Positions 9,136 through 18,463 of a DNA stretch of 64,000 nucleotides are shown here, one piece after another. The notes below the pieces were generated by a model. It was not told the DNA's origin. It ran no database searches and worked only from the letters and a program-made list of their open reading frames with translations. The position numbers and the translations under genes were made by a program. Each line of letters opens with the position of its first letter. The stretch's first letter is position 1. This DNA comes from Sphingomonadaceae bacterium (lineage in GTDB: Bacteria > Pseudomonadota > Alphaproteobacteria > Sphingomonadales > Sphingomonadaceae), in the NCBI GenBank assembly GCA_046153865.1, contig JBJXFA010000068.1, forward strand, positions 16,557-80,556, in the 5' to 3' direction.

Positions 9136-10136
9136 AGCCTGCCGACCACCCCGTCATCGCCGCGCCGAAAATCGGCGTTCTCATCGTCAATCTGGGAACC
9201 CCCGATGCGCCCGACGTTCGCAGCGTGCGGCGCTATCTCGCGCAATTCCTGTCCGACCGCCGCGTCGTCGAACTGCCGCAGATTCTGTGGCAGCCGTTGT
9301 TGCGCGGCGTCGTGCTGCGGACGCGCCCCAAGCAATCAGCGCACGCCTATGCGCAAGTCTGGACGCCCGAAGGATCGCCGCTGGAGGTCTTCACGCGGCG
9401 ACAGGCCGAGGCGCTCGCATCGGCATTCGGCGATGGCGTGATCGTTGAATATGCGATGCGGTACGGTAGCCCCGCGATCCCTCAACGGATCGAAAAGCTC
9501 AAGGACGCGGGGGCCGAGCGCATCCTGATCGCGCCGCTCTACCCGCAATATTCCGGCGCAACGACGGCAACGGCGAACGACATGGTGTTCAAGACGCTGA
9601 TGGACATGCGCTGGCAGCCCGCGCTCCGCACCCTGCCGCCGTATCACGATTCGCCCGACTACATCGCCGCGCTTAAGGCTTCGATCGACGAGACGCTGAG
9701 CGACCTCGACTTTGTGCCCGAAACGATCCTTGCCAGCTTTCACTCGATGCCGGTCTCGACACTGATGAACGGCGATCCCTATCATTGCCAGTGCCGCAAG
9801 ACCGCGCGCCTGCTTGGCGAAGCGCTCGGCACGCCGCTCGCGGTCAGCTTCCAGTCGAAGCTGGGGCGCGCGAAATGGCTCGAACCCTCGACCGAAGAGA
9901 CGCTCGGCCGACTCGCGAAGGAGGGCGTGCGGCGTCTGGCCGTCGTCACGCCGGGGTTTTCGGCAGACAATCTCGAAACGCTGGAAGAAATCGCTATTCG
10001 CGGTCGCGAGACCTTCATCGAAGCCGGGGGCACGCATTTCGCGGCGGTCCCCTGCCTCAATGCCAGCCCTGCGGGGATACAAATGTTGCAGGCGCTGCTC
10101 GCCCGGGAGCTTGAAGGCTGGTTGCTCACCGCCTAA
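9132..10136 (+). CDS. hemH: Ferrochelatase
   Basis: GTGA overlap with upstream stop; LIVNLGTPDAP, PLYPQYS, SFHS, FQSK.G..KWLEP, GFSADNLETLEEI. Confidence 0.95.
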   Translation: MKPADHPVIAAPKIGVLIVNLGTPDAPDVRSVRRYLAQFLSDRRVVELPQILWQPLLRGVVLRTRPKQSAHAYAQVWTPEGSPLEVFTRRQAEALASAFGDGVIVEYAMRYGSPAIPQRIEKLKDAGAERILIAPLYPQYSGATTATANDMVFKTLMDMRWQPALRTLPPYHDSPDYIAALKASIDETLSDLDFVPETILASFHSMPVSTLMNGDPYHCQCRKTARLLGEALGTPLAVSFQSKLGRAKWLEPSTEETLGRLAKEGVRRLAVVTPGFSADNLETLEEIAIRGRETFIEAGGTHFAAVPCLNASPAGIQMLQALLARELEGWLLTA

Positions 10137-10167
10137 GCCGTGCCAAAAGCACAGGCAGGAGAGTGGC

Positions 10168-10890
10168 ATGGCACGCGTGGCGATCGTTACCGGTGGAACC
10201 CGTGGAATCGGCGAGGCCATCAGCCTTGCGCTCAAGGAACTCGGCATCACCGTGGCGGCCAATTACGGGGGGAATGACGAAAAGGCGCGCGCCTTCAGCG
10301 AGGCGACCGGCATTGCTGCCTATCGCTGGGATGTCGGCGATCACGAGGCCTGCCTCGAAGGCTGCGCGCGCGTCGCCAGCGAGCTTGGCGATGTCGATAT
10401 CGTGGTCAACAACGCCGGGATCACACGCGACGGATCGTTCGCCAAGATGAGCTTCGACGACTGGAACGAGGTCATGCGAATCAACCTCGGCGGTTGTTTC
10501 AACATGGCCAAGGCGTGTTTCCCGGGCATGGCAACGCGCGGCTGGGGGCGGATCGTCAACATCGGCTCGATCAACGGGCAGGCCGGCCAGTTCGGGCAGG
10601 TCAACTACTCGGCCGCCAAATCGGGCATCCATGGCTTTACCAAGGCGCTCGCGCAGGAGGGCGCTAAAAAAGGCGTGACCGTCAACGCGATCGCGCCGGG
10701 CTATATCGATACCGACATGGTCGCGGCAGTGCCGCCGCCGGTGCTCGAGAAGATCGTGGCGAAGATTCCGGTCGGACGGCTGGGGCAAGCAAGCGAGATT
10801 GCGCGCGGCGTCGCGTTTCTGGTGTCCGAAGAGGGCGGCTTCGTAACCGGATCGACGCTGAGCATCAACGGCGGGCAGCATATGTATTGA
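10168..10890 (+). CDS. phbB: Acetoacetyl-CoA reductase
   Basis: MARVAIVTGGTRGIG, NNAGITRD, GQFGQVNYSAAK, INGGQHMY. Confidence 0.93.
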   Translation: MARVAIVTGGTRGIGEAISLALKELGITVAANYGGNDEKARAFSEATGIAAYRWDVGDHEACLEGCARVASELGDVDIVVNNAGITRDGSFAKMSFDDWNEVMRINLGGCFNMAKACFPGMATRGWGRIVNIGSINGQAGQFGQVNYSAAKSGIHGFTKALAQEGAKKGVTVNAIAPGYIDTDMVAAVPPPVLEKIVAKIPVGRLGQASEIARGVAFLVSEEGGFVTGSTLSINGGQHMY

Positions 10891-11258
10891 CGGTGGCAGG
10901 CGGCGCCACGTCGACGCCGGTGCGCACCAGCGCAGCCACCGCCACGGACGGCGGGCGGCCTTCCGCCGACCCGGCCGACGGCTTTGACATCGGCTCCCTC
11001 ACCCCGATTGACTGGCGCGGCCCCGTAAAACGCTCAATCACGATCGCCGGCCACGAGACCTCGATCAGCCTCGAGCCGGTATTCTGGACCGCGCTGCGCG
11101 AAGCCGCCGCTGCCCGCAACCTCCCGCTCAACGCACTCGTCGCGCAAATCGATGCCGAGCGCATTGAAGCGCCGGACCCGCTCAATCTCGCCAGCGCGAT
11201 CCGCGTGTGGCTCATGACCGCCGCGCGTCAGTCGCGCCCCAGCAGCACCCGCGCCTGA
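10887..11258 (+). CDS. Ribbon-helix-helix domain protein
   Basis: KRSITIAGHETSISLE..FW..L pattern; start uncertain. Confidence 0.75.
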   Translation: MTVAGGATSTPVRTSAATATDGGRPSADPADGFDIGSLTPIDWRGPVKRSITIAGHETSISLEPVFWTALREAAAARNLPLNALVAQIDAERIEAPDPLNLASAIRVWLMTAARQSRPSSTRA

Positions 11259-14200
11259 CCCGCAATCTGCGCCAGCATGGCGGGCGACGGCGTCGCCACG
11301 ATCCGCGCCCGGTCGATCAGCGCGCGGAACTGCGCGACGCACGGCGCTTGCGCCAGCAGCCAATCATCGACCCGCGCTTCGGGAGCATTGGGCTCGCGCG
11401 CTAGAAATTCGAGCCGCATCTGCTGGAAATCGCGCGCAAGCCCGGCGATCAGCAGGCGTTCCCACGGGTCGATCGGCTCGAGCCGCATCGCCATGCCCTG
11501 CGCCCAATCGAGGCCGAGCGCGCTGCCGAGATGCGTGAACGCCCGCGCCAGCGTGATCTCGTCGGTGCCCGAACGGTTGCCGAGCGCGGCGAGGCCGACG
11601 CCGCCGTCCAGTTCAACGAGGAGGACCAGCTTATCGACAATCGCTTGCGGCACGCGCGCCTCGATCAGCCGCGCGGCAAAGCCCGAGGCCTGCATGCGCG
11701 CTTCGCCCTCGACGAGCTCCCCCAGCGCCGCCGTTAGCCGCGCAAGACCGGGGGCGATGGCCGCAACGGTCGCGCCGATATCGCGACCGGCGACGGCGGT
11801 GCGCAGCAGATCGGCCATTTGCGCGCGCACTTCGAGCGCGACCTGCTCGAACAGCATGAGGCGCGCCGCTTCGTCGAGCTTGGCACTGTCGATCGCCTCC
11901 CACAGCGCATCGAGGCCGAAAAGCCGCTCGGCGATTACGAAGGCGGTGGCAATGTCGCCGAGCGACGCGCCTTCCTCTTCGGCAAGCTCGAACGGGTGGA
12001 TGAGGCCCATCCGGTTGATCAGGCGATTGGCGACTTTGGTGGCGATGATCTCGCCGCGCAGCGGGTGCCGCGCGATCGCGTCGGCATGCGCGCTGTGCAT
12101 GGCCACCGGGAACGCCGCCATCAGGTCGGGCAGCAGCGATCGGTCGCGTGCCAGATCGTGCTGCTCGATCGCGTCCTGCAACGCGATCTTGGCGGTTGAC
12201 ATCAGCACGGCAAGCTCGGGCCGCGTGAACCCTTGCCCATCCTGCATGCGGCGCAATAGCACGTCATTGGCTGCCAGCCCCTCAACCACGCGGTCGAGCC
12301 TGCCTGTGGTCTCGAACGTCTCGATGAGGCGGATCATCGACGGCAACACATGACTGCCGCCGCGCTGCGCGATCGACAGCGCGAGCGTCTGCAACCGGTT
12401 ATCTTCGAGGACGAGCGCGGCCACGGCATCGGTCATCGACGCGAGCAGCGCATTACGCGCCGTCATGTCGAGCGCGGCTGCCGTCACTTCCGCGTTGAGT
12501 GCAATTTTGATGTTCACCTCATTGTCCGAGCAATCGACGCCCGCCGAATTGTCGATGAAGTCGGTGTTGATCCGCCCCCCGCGTGCAGCAAACGCAATCC
12601 GTGCCGCTTGCGTGACGCCGAGATTGGCACCTTCGCCGATGACTTTAGCGCGCAGCTCTTCGGCATTGACGCGGTGCGCATCATTGGCCGGATCGCCGAC
12701 ATCGGCGTGCGACTGCGTGGACGCTTTCACATAAGTCCCAATGCCGCCGAACCAGATGAGATCAGCAGGCGATTTGAGGATGGCCGTGATCAGCGCCGAA
12801 GGTTCGACCGTCTCCGCCGTGATGTCGAGCGCCGCGCGCGCTTCGGGGCTGAGCGCGATCGTCTTGGCGCTGCGGGCGAAGACGCCGCCACCGCTGGAAA
12901 TCAGCGCCTTGTCATAATCGTCCCAAGACGAGCGCGGCAGCGCGAACAGGCGTGCGCGCTCGGCCCAGCTTGCCGCAGAATCGGGATCGGGATCGATGAA
13001 GATATGCCGATGGTCGAACGCTGCCACGATCTTGAGTGTCTTGGACAGCAGCATGCCGTTTCCGAACACATCGCCCGACATGTCGCCGCAACCGACCACA
13101 CGTATCGGATCGGTCTGCACATCGATCCCCGCTTCGGCGAAATGGCGCTGGACCGAAACCCACGCGCCCTTGGCGGTGATGCCCATCGCCTTGTGGTCGT
13201 AGCCCACCGATCCGCCGCTTGCGAACGCGTCGCCGAGCCAGAAATCGCGTTCGAGCGCGATGGCGTTGGCGATGTCGCTGAAGGTTGCGGTGCCCTTGTC
13301 GGCCGCGACGACAAAATAAGGATCGTCACCGTCATGGATCGCGACCTTGGCCGGGTGGACGACCTTGCCTTCGACCAGATTGTCGGTCACCGACAGCAAG
13401 GTCCGGATGAAAATCCGGTAGCTTTCGGTGCCCTCGGCGAGCCATGCATCACGATCGACGGCCGGGTTCGGCAGCGCCTTGGGATAGAAGCCGCCTTTGG
13501 CTCCGGTCGGCACGATGACCGCGTTTTTCACGCGCTGCGCCTTCATCAGGCCGAGAATTTCGGTGCGGAAGTCGTCACGCCGGTCGGACCAGCGCAAGCC
13601 GCCGCGCGCGACCGGACCGGCGCGCAGGTGAATGCCTTCGACGCGCCGCGAATAAACCCAGACTTCGCGCCAAGGCACCGGCGCAGGCAGGCCCGGCACT
13701 TTGGCGCTGTCGAACTTGAAAGCGATCGCCTCGCTGGCCGATGGCGAAAAGGCATTGGTGCGCACGATCGCGCCGATCACGCTGCGCAACAGCCGCAGGA
13801 TGCGGTCCTCGTCGATCGCAGTGACCGCCGCCAGGCCCGTTTCGATAGCTGCGTGCGCAGCGTCGGCACCTGTCACCCGGTCCTTGACGGCAGGATCGTG
13901 CAGCGCATCGAACAGTGCGACGAGCGCTCGCGAAATCGTCGCTTCCTTGGCGAGCGCGGACACAACCGTTGAAAGGCCGAACGACAGCCCGGTCTGACGG
14001 AGATAGCGAAAGAGCGCCCGGAAGAGCACGACGCTCGCTGGCGCGAGGTCAGCAGCGATCAGGAGCGCGTTGAAACCGTCGTTCTCGCTGGTGCCGTCAA
14101 GCACGGACGACAGCGTCGCCTCGACGACGTCAGCGCGCGCGATTACGGCGTTCGCCTCATCGCGGGGCAGGTCGAGCACGAAGCGGTGGATATGGCCGAG

Positions 14201-15832
14201 GTCGCGTGCGAGCAGCGTCGACATTTCCTCGACGACGGCAAAGCCGAAATTCTCGAGCGCGGGCACCATGCTCGACAGCGTGACCGGCACGAGGCTGTAG
14301 ATCTTGAGGCGCAGCCGGTTCGCCGCGTCGTCGGGATTGCGATAGAGGCGGGCACCGCGCGCCGCATCGTCGGGCAGTGCCTGCAGCCGCAGGATATCGA
14401 GAGCCGCTTCGTCGGGGCCTGCACCATTGCGATACGGCAGCGGAAACGCCTCGGCATAGCGGATCGCGAGGCGTGCTGCGCGGCCGGCATCGCCAAGGGC
14501 TGCCAGACTCGCTTCGACCGAGGGCTGCCAGCCGCGCACCATGCTGACGATCGCAGCCTGCAACGCCTCGGCATCGGGGTTCGACTTGGCCTGCCGCCGG
14601 TCAAACGTGTAGCGCAGCAGCGCGACCCCACCATCGCCGAGATCGATCGACCAGCTGAGCAAGGGGCTGTCGCACGCCTGCGCGAGCATGTCGGCAATGG
14701 CGATGCGCCGCGCCGTCGTCAGATCGTCGCGCGGCAGCCAGACGAAGGCAAAAACGTGCCGGTCGAGCGCGTCCCTCGCCAGCACAAGCGCCGGGCGCGG
14801 CCGGTCGGCGAGTGACATCGCCGTCAGCGCCAGCCGCCCGAGCGTTTCCTCGTCGATCACCAGCAACAGGTCATGCGGCAGCGAGGTCAGGGCATGCGTG
14901 AGCGATTTGCCCGCATGACCGTCGGGCGCGAAGCCGAACGTCGCCTGCAGTGCCGCGAGCCGCGTCCGCAGGAGCGGCGTGTCCTGCGGCGGGGTCGCAA
15001 GTGCTGCACTCGTCCACAGCCCGGCATGGATCGCGATGCCGTCATCGTCCGAAGGCACGATAACGAGATCGAGCGGCGCACGCCGGTGCACGGTCGACAT
15101 GAAGCTCGATTTGAGCAGCAACGGCGCGGCATTGCTTTTCAGCCACCGTGTAGCCGCCATCCGCGACTCGGGCGCGAGCAACGCATCGCCGATATCGCCT
15201 GCCAGACCGAGCAGCGCGGTCGGCCGGTTGTCAGAATCGAAGCGCGCGCTGGCCAGCTGGGTAAAGTTCCGATCGAGAAACCAGTCGAGCAGCGCAGCAC
15301 CTTCGCCGGGCCCGAGCTGGCGGGCGTGGGCGGCAACGACCGCTTGCATCGCTTTCCAGTCGGTGACTGCGGCGCGGACATGGCCGAGGTTCGTTGCGAG
15401 ATCGGCGATCAGCGCGCGGCGGCCGGCCGCATCGGCACGCTCGGTTTCCACATAGACGAGCGACAAGCGCGCGCCGCCATGATCGAGGATCGGATGCAGG
15501 ATGCGATCGACGTCCAGCCCGTGCGCCGCGATCGTGGCGGCGATCGAATCGACCAGAAACGGCATGTCGTCGTTAGCGACCGCAATGCGCATCTGACGGC
15601 GGCCGCGCTGATCAAGCGCGGTTTCCGAGGCGATGCCGGGCTGGCCAGGTGCACGCGCCTCAATCGCCTCAAGCGCAAGCTCAGCGGCGGCGTAGCGGTC
15701 CTCGCGCGCGAAATCCGCCGTTTCGCCGGGCAGCGCGCCCGCGACGAGCGCCTCGGCCAGCCGGTCGATGACCTTGACATCGGGCTCGAATTTCACGGAT
15801 TCGTTGGTTGCGGTATCGCCTGCGGTCGCCAT
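11228..15832 (-). CDS. gdhB: Large NAD-specific glutamate dehydrogenase
   Basis: ARGGLRWSDRRDDFRTE, VKNAVIVPTGAKGGF, VVAADKGTATFSD, GDMSGDVFGNG, DFIDNSAGVDCSDNEVN. Confidence 0.95.
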   Translation of the reverse strand: MATAGDTATNESVKFEPDVKVIDRLAEALVAGALPGETADFAREDRYAAAELALEAIEARAPGQPGIASETALDQRGRRQMRIAVANDDMPFLVDSIAATIAAHGLDVDRILHPILDHGGARLSLVYVETERADAAGRRALIADLATNLGHVRAAVTDWKAMQAVVAAHARQLGPGEGAALLDWFLDRNFTQLASARFDSDNRPTALLGLAGDIGDALLAPESRMAATRWLKSNAAPLLLKSSFMSTVHRRAPLDLVIVPSDDDGIAIHAGLWTSAALATPPQDTPLLRTRLAALQATFGFAPDGHAGKSLTHALTSLPHDLLLVIDEETLGRLALTAMSLADRPRPALVLARDALDRHVFAFVWLPRDDLTTARRIAIADMLAQACDSPLLSWSIDLGDGGVALLRYTFDRRQAKSNPDAEALQAAIVSMVRGWQPSVEASLAALGDAGRAARLAIRYAEAFPLPYRNGAGPDEAALDILRLQALPDDAARGARLYRNPDDAANRLRLKIYSLVPVTLSSMVPALENFGFAVVEEMSTLLARDLGHIHRFVLDLPRDEANAVIARADVVEATLSSVLDGTSENDGFNALLIAADLAPASVVLFRALFRYLRQTGLSFGLSTVVSALAKEATISRALVALFDALHDPAVKDRVTGADAAHAAIETGLAAVTAIDEDRILRLLRSVIGAIVRTNAFSPSASEAIAFKFDSAKVPGLPAPVPWREVWVYSRRVEGIHLRAGPVARGGLRWSDRRDDFRTEILGLMKAQRVKNAVIVPTGAKGGFYPKALPNPAVDRDAWLAEGTESYRIFIRTLLSVTDNLVEGKVVHPAKVAIHDGDDPYFVVAADKGTATFSDIANAIALERDFWLGDAFASGGSVGYDHKAMGITAKGAWVSVQRHFAEAGIDVQTDPIRVVGCGDMSGDVFGNGMLLSKTLKIVAAFDHRHIFIDPDPDSAASWAERARLFALPRSSWDDYDKALISSGGGVFARSAKTIALSPEARAALDITAETVEPSALITAILKSPADLIWFGGIGTYVKASTQSHADVGDPANDAHRVNAEELRAKVIGEGANLGVTQAARIAFAARGGRINTDFIDNSAGVDCSDNEVNIKIALNAEVTAAALDMTARNALLASMTDAVAALVLEDNRLQTLALSIAQRGGSHVLPSMIRLIETFETTGRLDRVVEGLAANDVLLRRMQDGQGFTRPELAVLMSTAKIALQDAIEQHDLARDRSLLPDLMAAFPVAMHSAHADAIARHPLRGEIIATKVANRLINRMGLIHPFELAEEEGASLGDIATAFVIAERLFGLDALWEAIDSAKLDEAARLMLFEQVALEVRAQMADLLRTAVAGRDIGATVAAIAPGLARLTAALGELVEGEARMQASGFAARLIEARVPQAIVDKLVLLVELDGGVGLAALGNRSGTDEITLARAFTHLGSALGLDWAQGMAMRLEPIDPWERLLIAGLARDFQQMRLEFLAREPNAPEARVDDWLLAQAPCVAQFRALIDRARIVATPSPAMLAQIAGQARVLLGRD

Positions 15833-15931
15833 GCGCGCCTTTCCGTTGCTGTCACGAGCCTCTCCAGACCCAACCGCTGCCGGATATGCGCCGACGACGT
15901 GACAAGCTCAACGGCAATATGCGTCGCGCGT

Positions 15932-17251
15932 TTACCCCGTGACGGCGCGCAGCGCCCGATCCATCAAAGGCTTGTCGTCCGGAACGACGCCGATCACTGC
16001 GACGCGCTCGGCATCGATGCGTCGGGCCACAAGGACAACGAACTCATCGTCGCCGGGAAGCGCGAGCGTCGCCTGCGCTTCGAGTGCCCGCGCTGCCTCG
16101 CGTGCCCGATCGGGGTTTGCGGGCTTGCCCGCCGGGCGGCGCTCGCGGCGGTCGGCAGCGACGATCGCTTTCAGGCCGCCGGGATAATGTTCGAGAAAAA
16201 CCTGCATGCCGCCAACCGGAAGCTCATGGCGCTTGGCATAGGACAGCGCCGAGGCGAATTCGGTGAGTCGGGTCTTGTCATAACCCGTGCCGAAGACGAG
16301 CTTGACGACCGGCGTCATCGGCGCGCGCGCCTGCCCTACGATGCCGCTGTCTTCGAGCAGCAGCGCATAATCATCGGGCTGACGGTCGGCCTGAAGGGCA
16401 AAATCATACGCGGCGCCGAGCGCTGCATACAGCGCGGTCCGGCTGCGGCTGTCGGCGCGTAGCATGGCTTCGGCCGTTTCGCGGGCGGATGCCAGCCAGT
16501 CGCCCAGACCGGCATCGGCATCAGGTGCCGCGCCAGGGGCTTCGCCGTCCGTGTCGTCACCAAAATCTGCTTCGGTTTCCAGAACGGCCGGCAGCGTCGG
16601 TCCGTTGCGCGGGGGCGTGCCATTGGGGCCATCCGCCCACACCGGGACCGGTTGGCGCGGCGATGCGCTCGCAAAAGCACCGGCCACTTCGGACGCAAGC
16701 GCGTCGGCCTCGGCACCGCCAACGACTTCCTTCCAGTTGATCACGCCGTGGATAAAATCGATCGTGTCGTCATCGGACGACAGCGGCAACAGGATGCCGC
16801 GATACATCGTGTTGTGCCCGCGCGTGTTTACGAATTCGGCCTCGAAGCCGATCGGCGCGCGGTTTGCGATGATCTGCAGATAATGGTCGGTCAGGCGTGA
16901 GAGCAGCGAGCGTGACGGGACTTGGGACACCGTCTGCGGTTCGGTCTCGAAGCCGCATTCGTGGCTCAGCTTCGCGCCGAGGTAGCTGATTGCCGGGTTT
17001 TCGGCGCCGGCAGTAAAATCGAGCAACACGCTGTGCGGCCCGAAATCGTCATGCGTTTCGGGTTCGAGGTCCTCGATCGACGGATAGGCGCGCCCGCCCA
17101 GCAGGGATACCCAGTGATTATAGGCGCGAACATGCATCCGGCGCTCGTCGTCGCCGATAACGACAGCAGGCGCATCGACGGCATAGTCGCTGTCGTCAGC
17201 GGTCGCATCGTGCAGCCCCTGCGCACTCGCGAAATCCTGCGTCCTGTCCAT
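15932..17251 (-). CDS. Conserved hypothetical protein with N-terminal PAS-like domain
   Basis: AYNHWVSL..R.YP, YRGILLPLSSD pattern resembling PAS_5/DUF1457; helical C-terminal domain. Confidence 0.65.
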   Translation of the reverse strand: MDRTQDFASAQGLHDATADDSDYAVDAPAVVIGDDERRMHVRAYNHWVSLLGGRAYPSIEDLEPETHDDFGPHSVLLDFTAGAENPAISYLGAKLSHECGFETEPQTVSQVPSRSLLSRLTDHYLQIIANRAPIGFEAEFVNTRGHNTMYRGILLPLSSDDDTIDFIHGVINWKEVVGGAEADALASEVAGAFASASPRQPVPVWADGPNGTPPRNGPTLPAVLETEADFGDDTDGEAPGAAPDADAGLGDWLASARETAEAMLRADSRSRTALYAALGAAYDFALQADRQPDDYALLLEDSGIVGQARAPMTPVVKLVFGTGYDKTRLTEFASALSYAKRHELPVGGMQVFLEHYPGGLKAIVAADRRERRPAGKPANPDRAREAARALEAQATLALPGDDEFVVLVARRIDAERVAVIGVVPDDKPLMDRALRAVTG

Positions 17252-17371
17252 GTCCGAGCGGTTCCTGCGTGAATACCAGCCCGATATGCGCCGGATGTGG
17301 TTACGAAGCCGTTAATACCTAGAGAGCTTGCCCCTCTCCGGCTTCGCTGTTATCTGCGCCGCGCATCGGGG

Positions 17372-17447
17372 GCCGCTTTAGCTCAGCCGGTAGAGCATCG
17401 CATTCGTAATGCGAGGGTCAGGTGTTCGAGTCACCTAAGCGGCACCA
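17372..17447 (+). tRNA. tRNA-Thr(CGT)
   Basis: 76-nt cloverleaf: GCCGCTT/AAGCGGC acceptor, TCGCA-TTCGTAA-TGCGA anticodon arm, GTTCGAG T-loop, encoded CCA. Confidence 0.96.
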
Positions 17448-17484
17448 TTTTCCGTTTCGGAATCGGCAACTTGCCGGATTCGCA

Positions 17485-18087
17485 TCATCCAAAAAGCTTT
17501 GTCGCAATCTCGGCAACGTGGCGGCCCTGGAAGCGAGCGCCGTCGAGTTCGTTCGCGCTCGGCATACGGCTGCCGTCATTTCCGGCGAGTGTGCTTGCGC
17601 CATAAGGCGTGCCGCCGCTGATCTCGCCCATCTCGCTGTTGCCTTTGAAGGTGTAGGGCAGCCCGACGATGATCATGCCGTGATGGAGCAGCGTGGTGTG
17701 AAAAGACGTCAGCGTCGTTTCTTGTCCGCCATGCTGGCTTGCCGTCGAGCAAAAGGCGCTGCCGATCTTGCCGACGAGCCTGTTCTGAAACCAGAGCCCG
17801 CCCGTCTGGTCGAGGAAGTTGCGCATCTGCGCCGCCATGTTGCCGAAGCGGGTGGGCGTTCCGAAAATGATTGCGTCATAATCCGCAAGTTCGTCGGGCT
17901 TGGCGATGGTAGCCGTCTGATCGACTTTCATGCCCGACGCCGCCGCCACTTCAGCCGGTACCAGTTCAGGCACGCGTTTCACCACGCATTCGCACCCAGC
18001 AACGCTTGCCGTGCCGTCGGCCACGGCCCGCGCCATCATTTCGATATGGCCGTAGCTGGAATAGTAAAGAACGAGCACTTTCGCCAT
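17485..18087 (-). CDS. wrbA: NAD(P)H:quinone oxidoreductase, type IV
   Basis: [41 protein letters not shown]. Confidence 0.95.
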   Translation of the reverse strand: MAKVLVLYYSSYGHIEMMARAVADGTASVAGCECVVKRVPELVPAEVAAASGMKVDQTATIAKPDELADYDAIIFGTPTRFGNMAAQMRNFLDQTGGLWFQNRLVGKIGSAFCSTASQHGGQETTLTSFHTTLLHHGMIIVGLPYTFKGNSEMGEISGGTPYGASTLAGNDGSRMPSANELDGARFQGRHVAEIATKLFG

Positions 18088-18463
18088 GTGTGGCTCCTGG
18101 AATTTAAATCCCGTCTCGATACCATAGATTTGCAGGCATGCTTTAACAACGAAGCCACTTGCCGAGAGTTCGGCAATTTTTTTGTCACGCAAGAAGGTCG
18201 GGGAGTCCGGTGAACTCGATCGACTTTTGACCCGCGGCTTGATGCGGCGGGATACCCGCTAACCCTTTGAGTTTGCACCACCCCATTAAGCAAATTTGCC
18301 GCTGTTCCTCAGCTCATCGCGCCCGGGCTGTCTTTTGTCGCGTCGATTAACCCGGCCGAAGGCTTTTGCGCGGCATGAGCGTTAACGCGTTGAAAATCGA
18401 CATCGTTAACCCGGTGTAACAGGCGCAGGCATAAATGCGTCGTCGGGATCAGGGAGGGACGCA

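Noticed and set aside
18340-18420. Repeated TTAAC motifs upstream of DUF1800 as CtrA boxes
   Set aside because: Spacing does not fit TTAA-N7-TTAA
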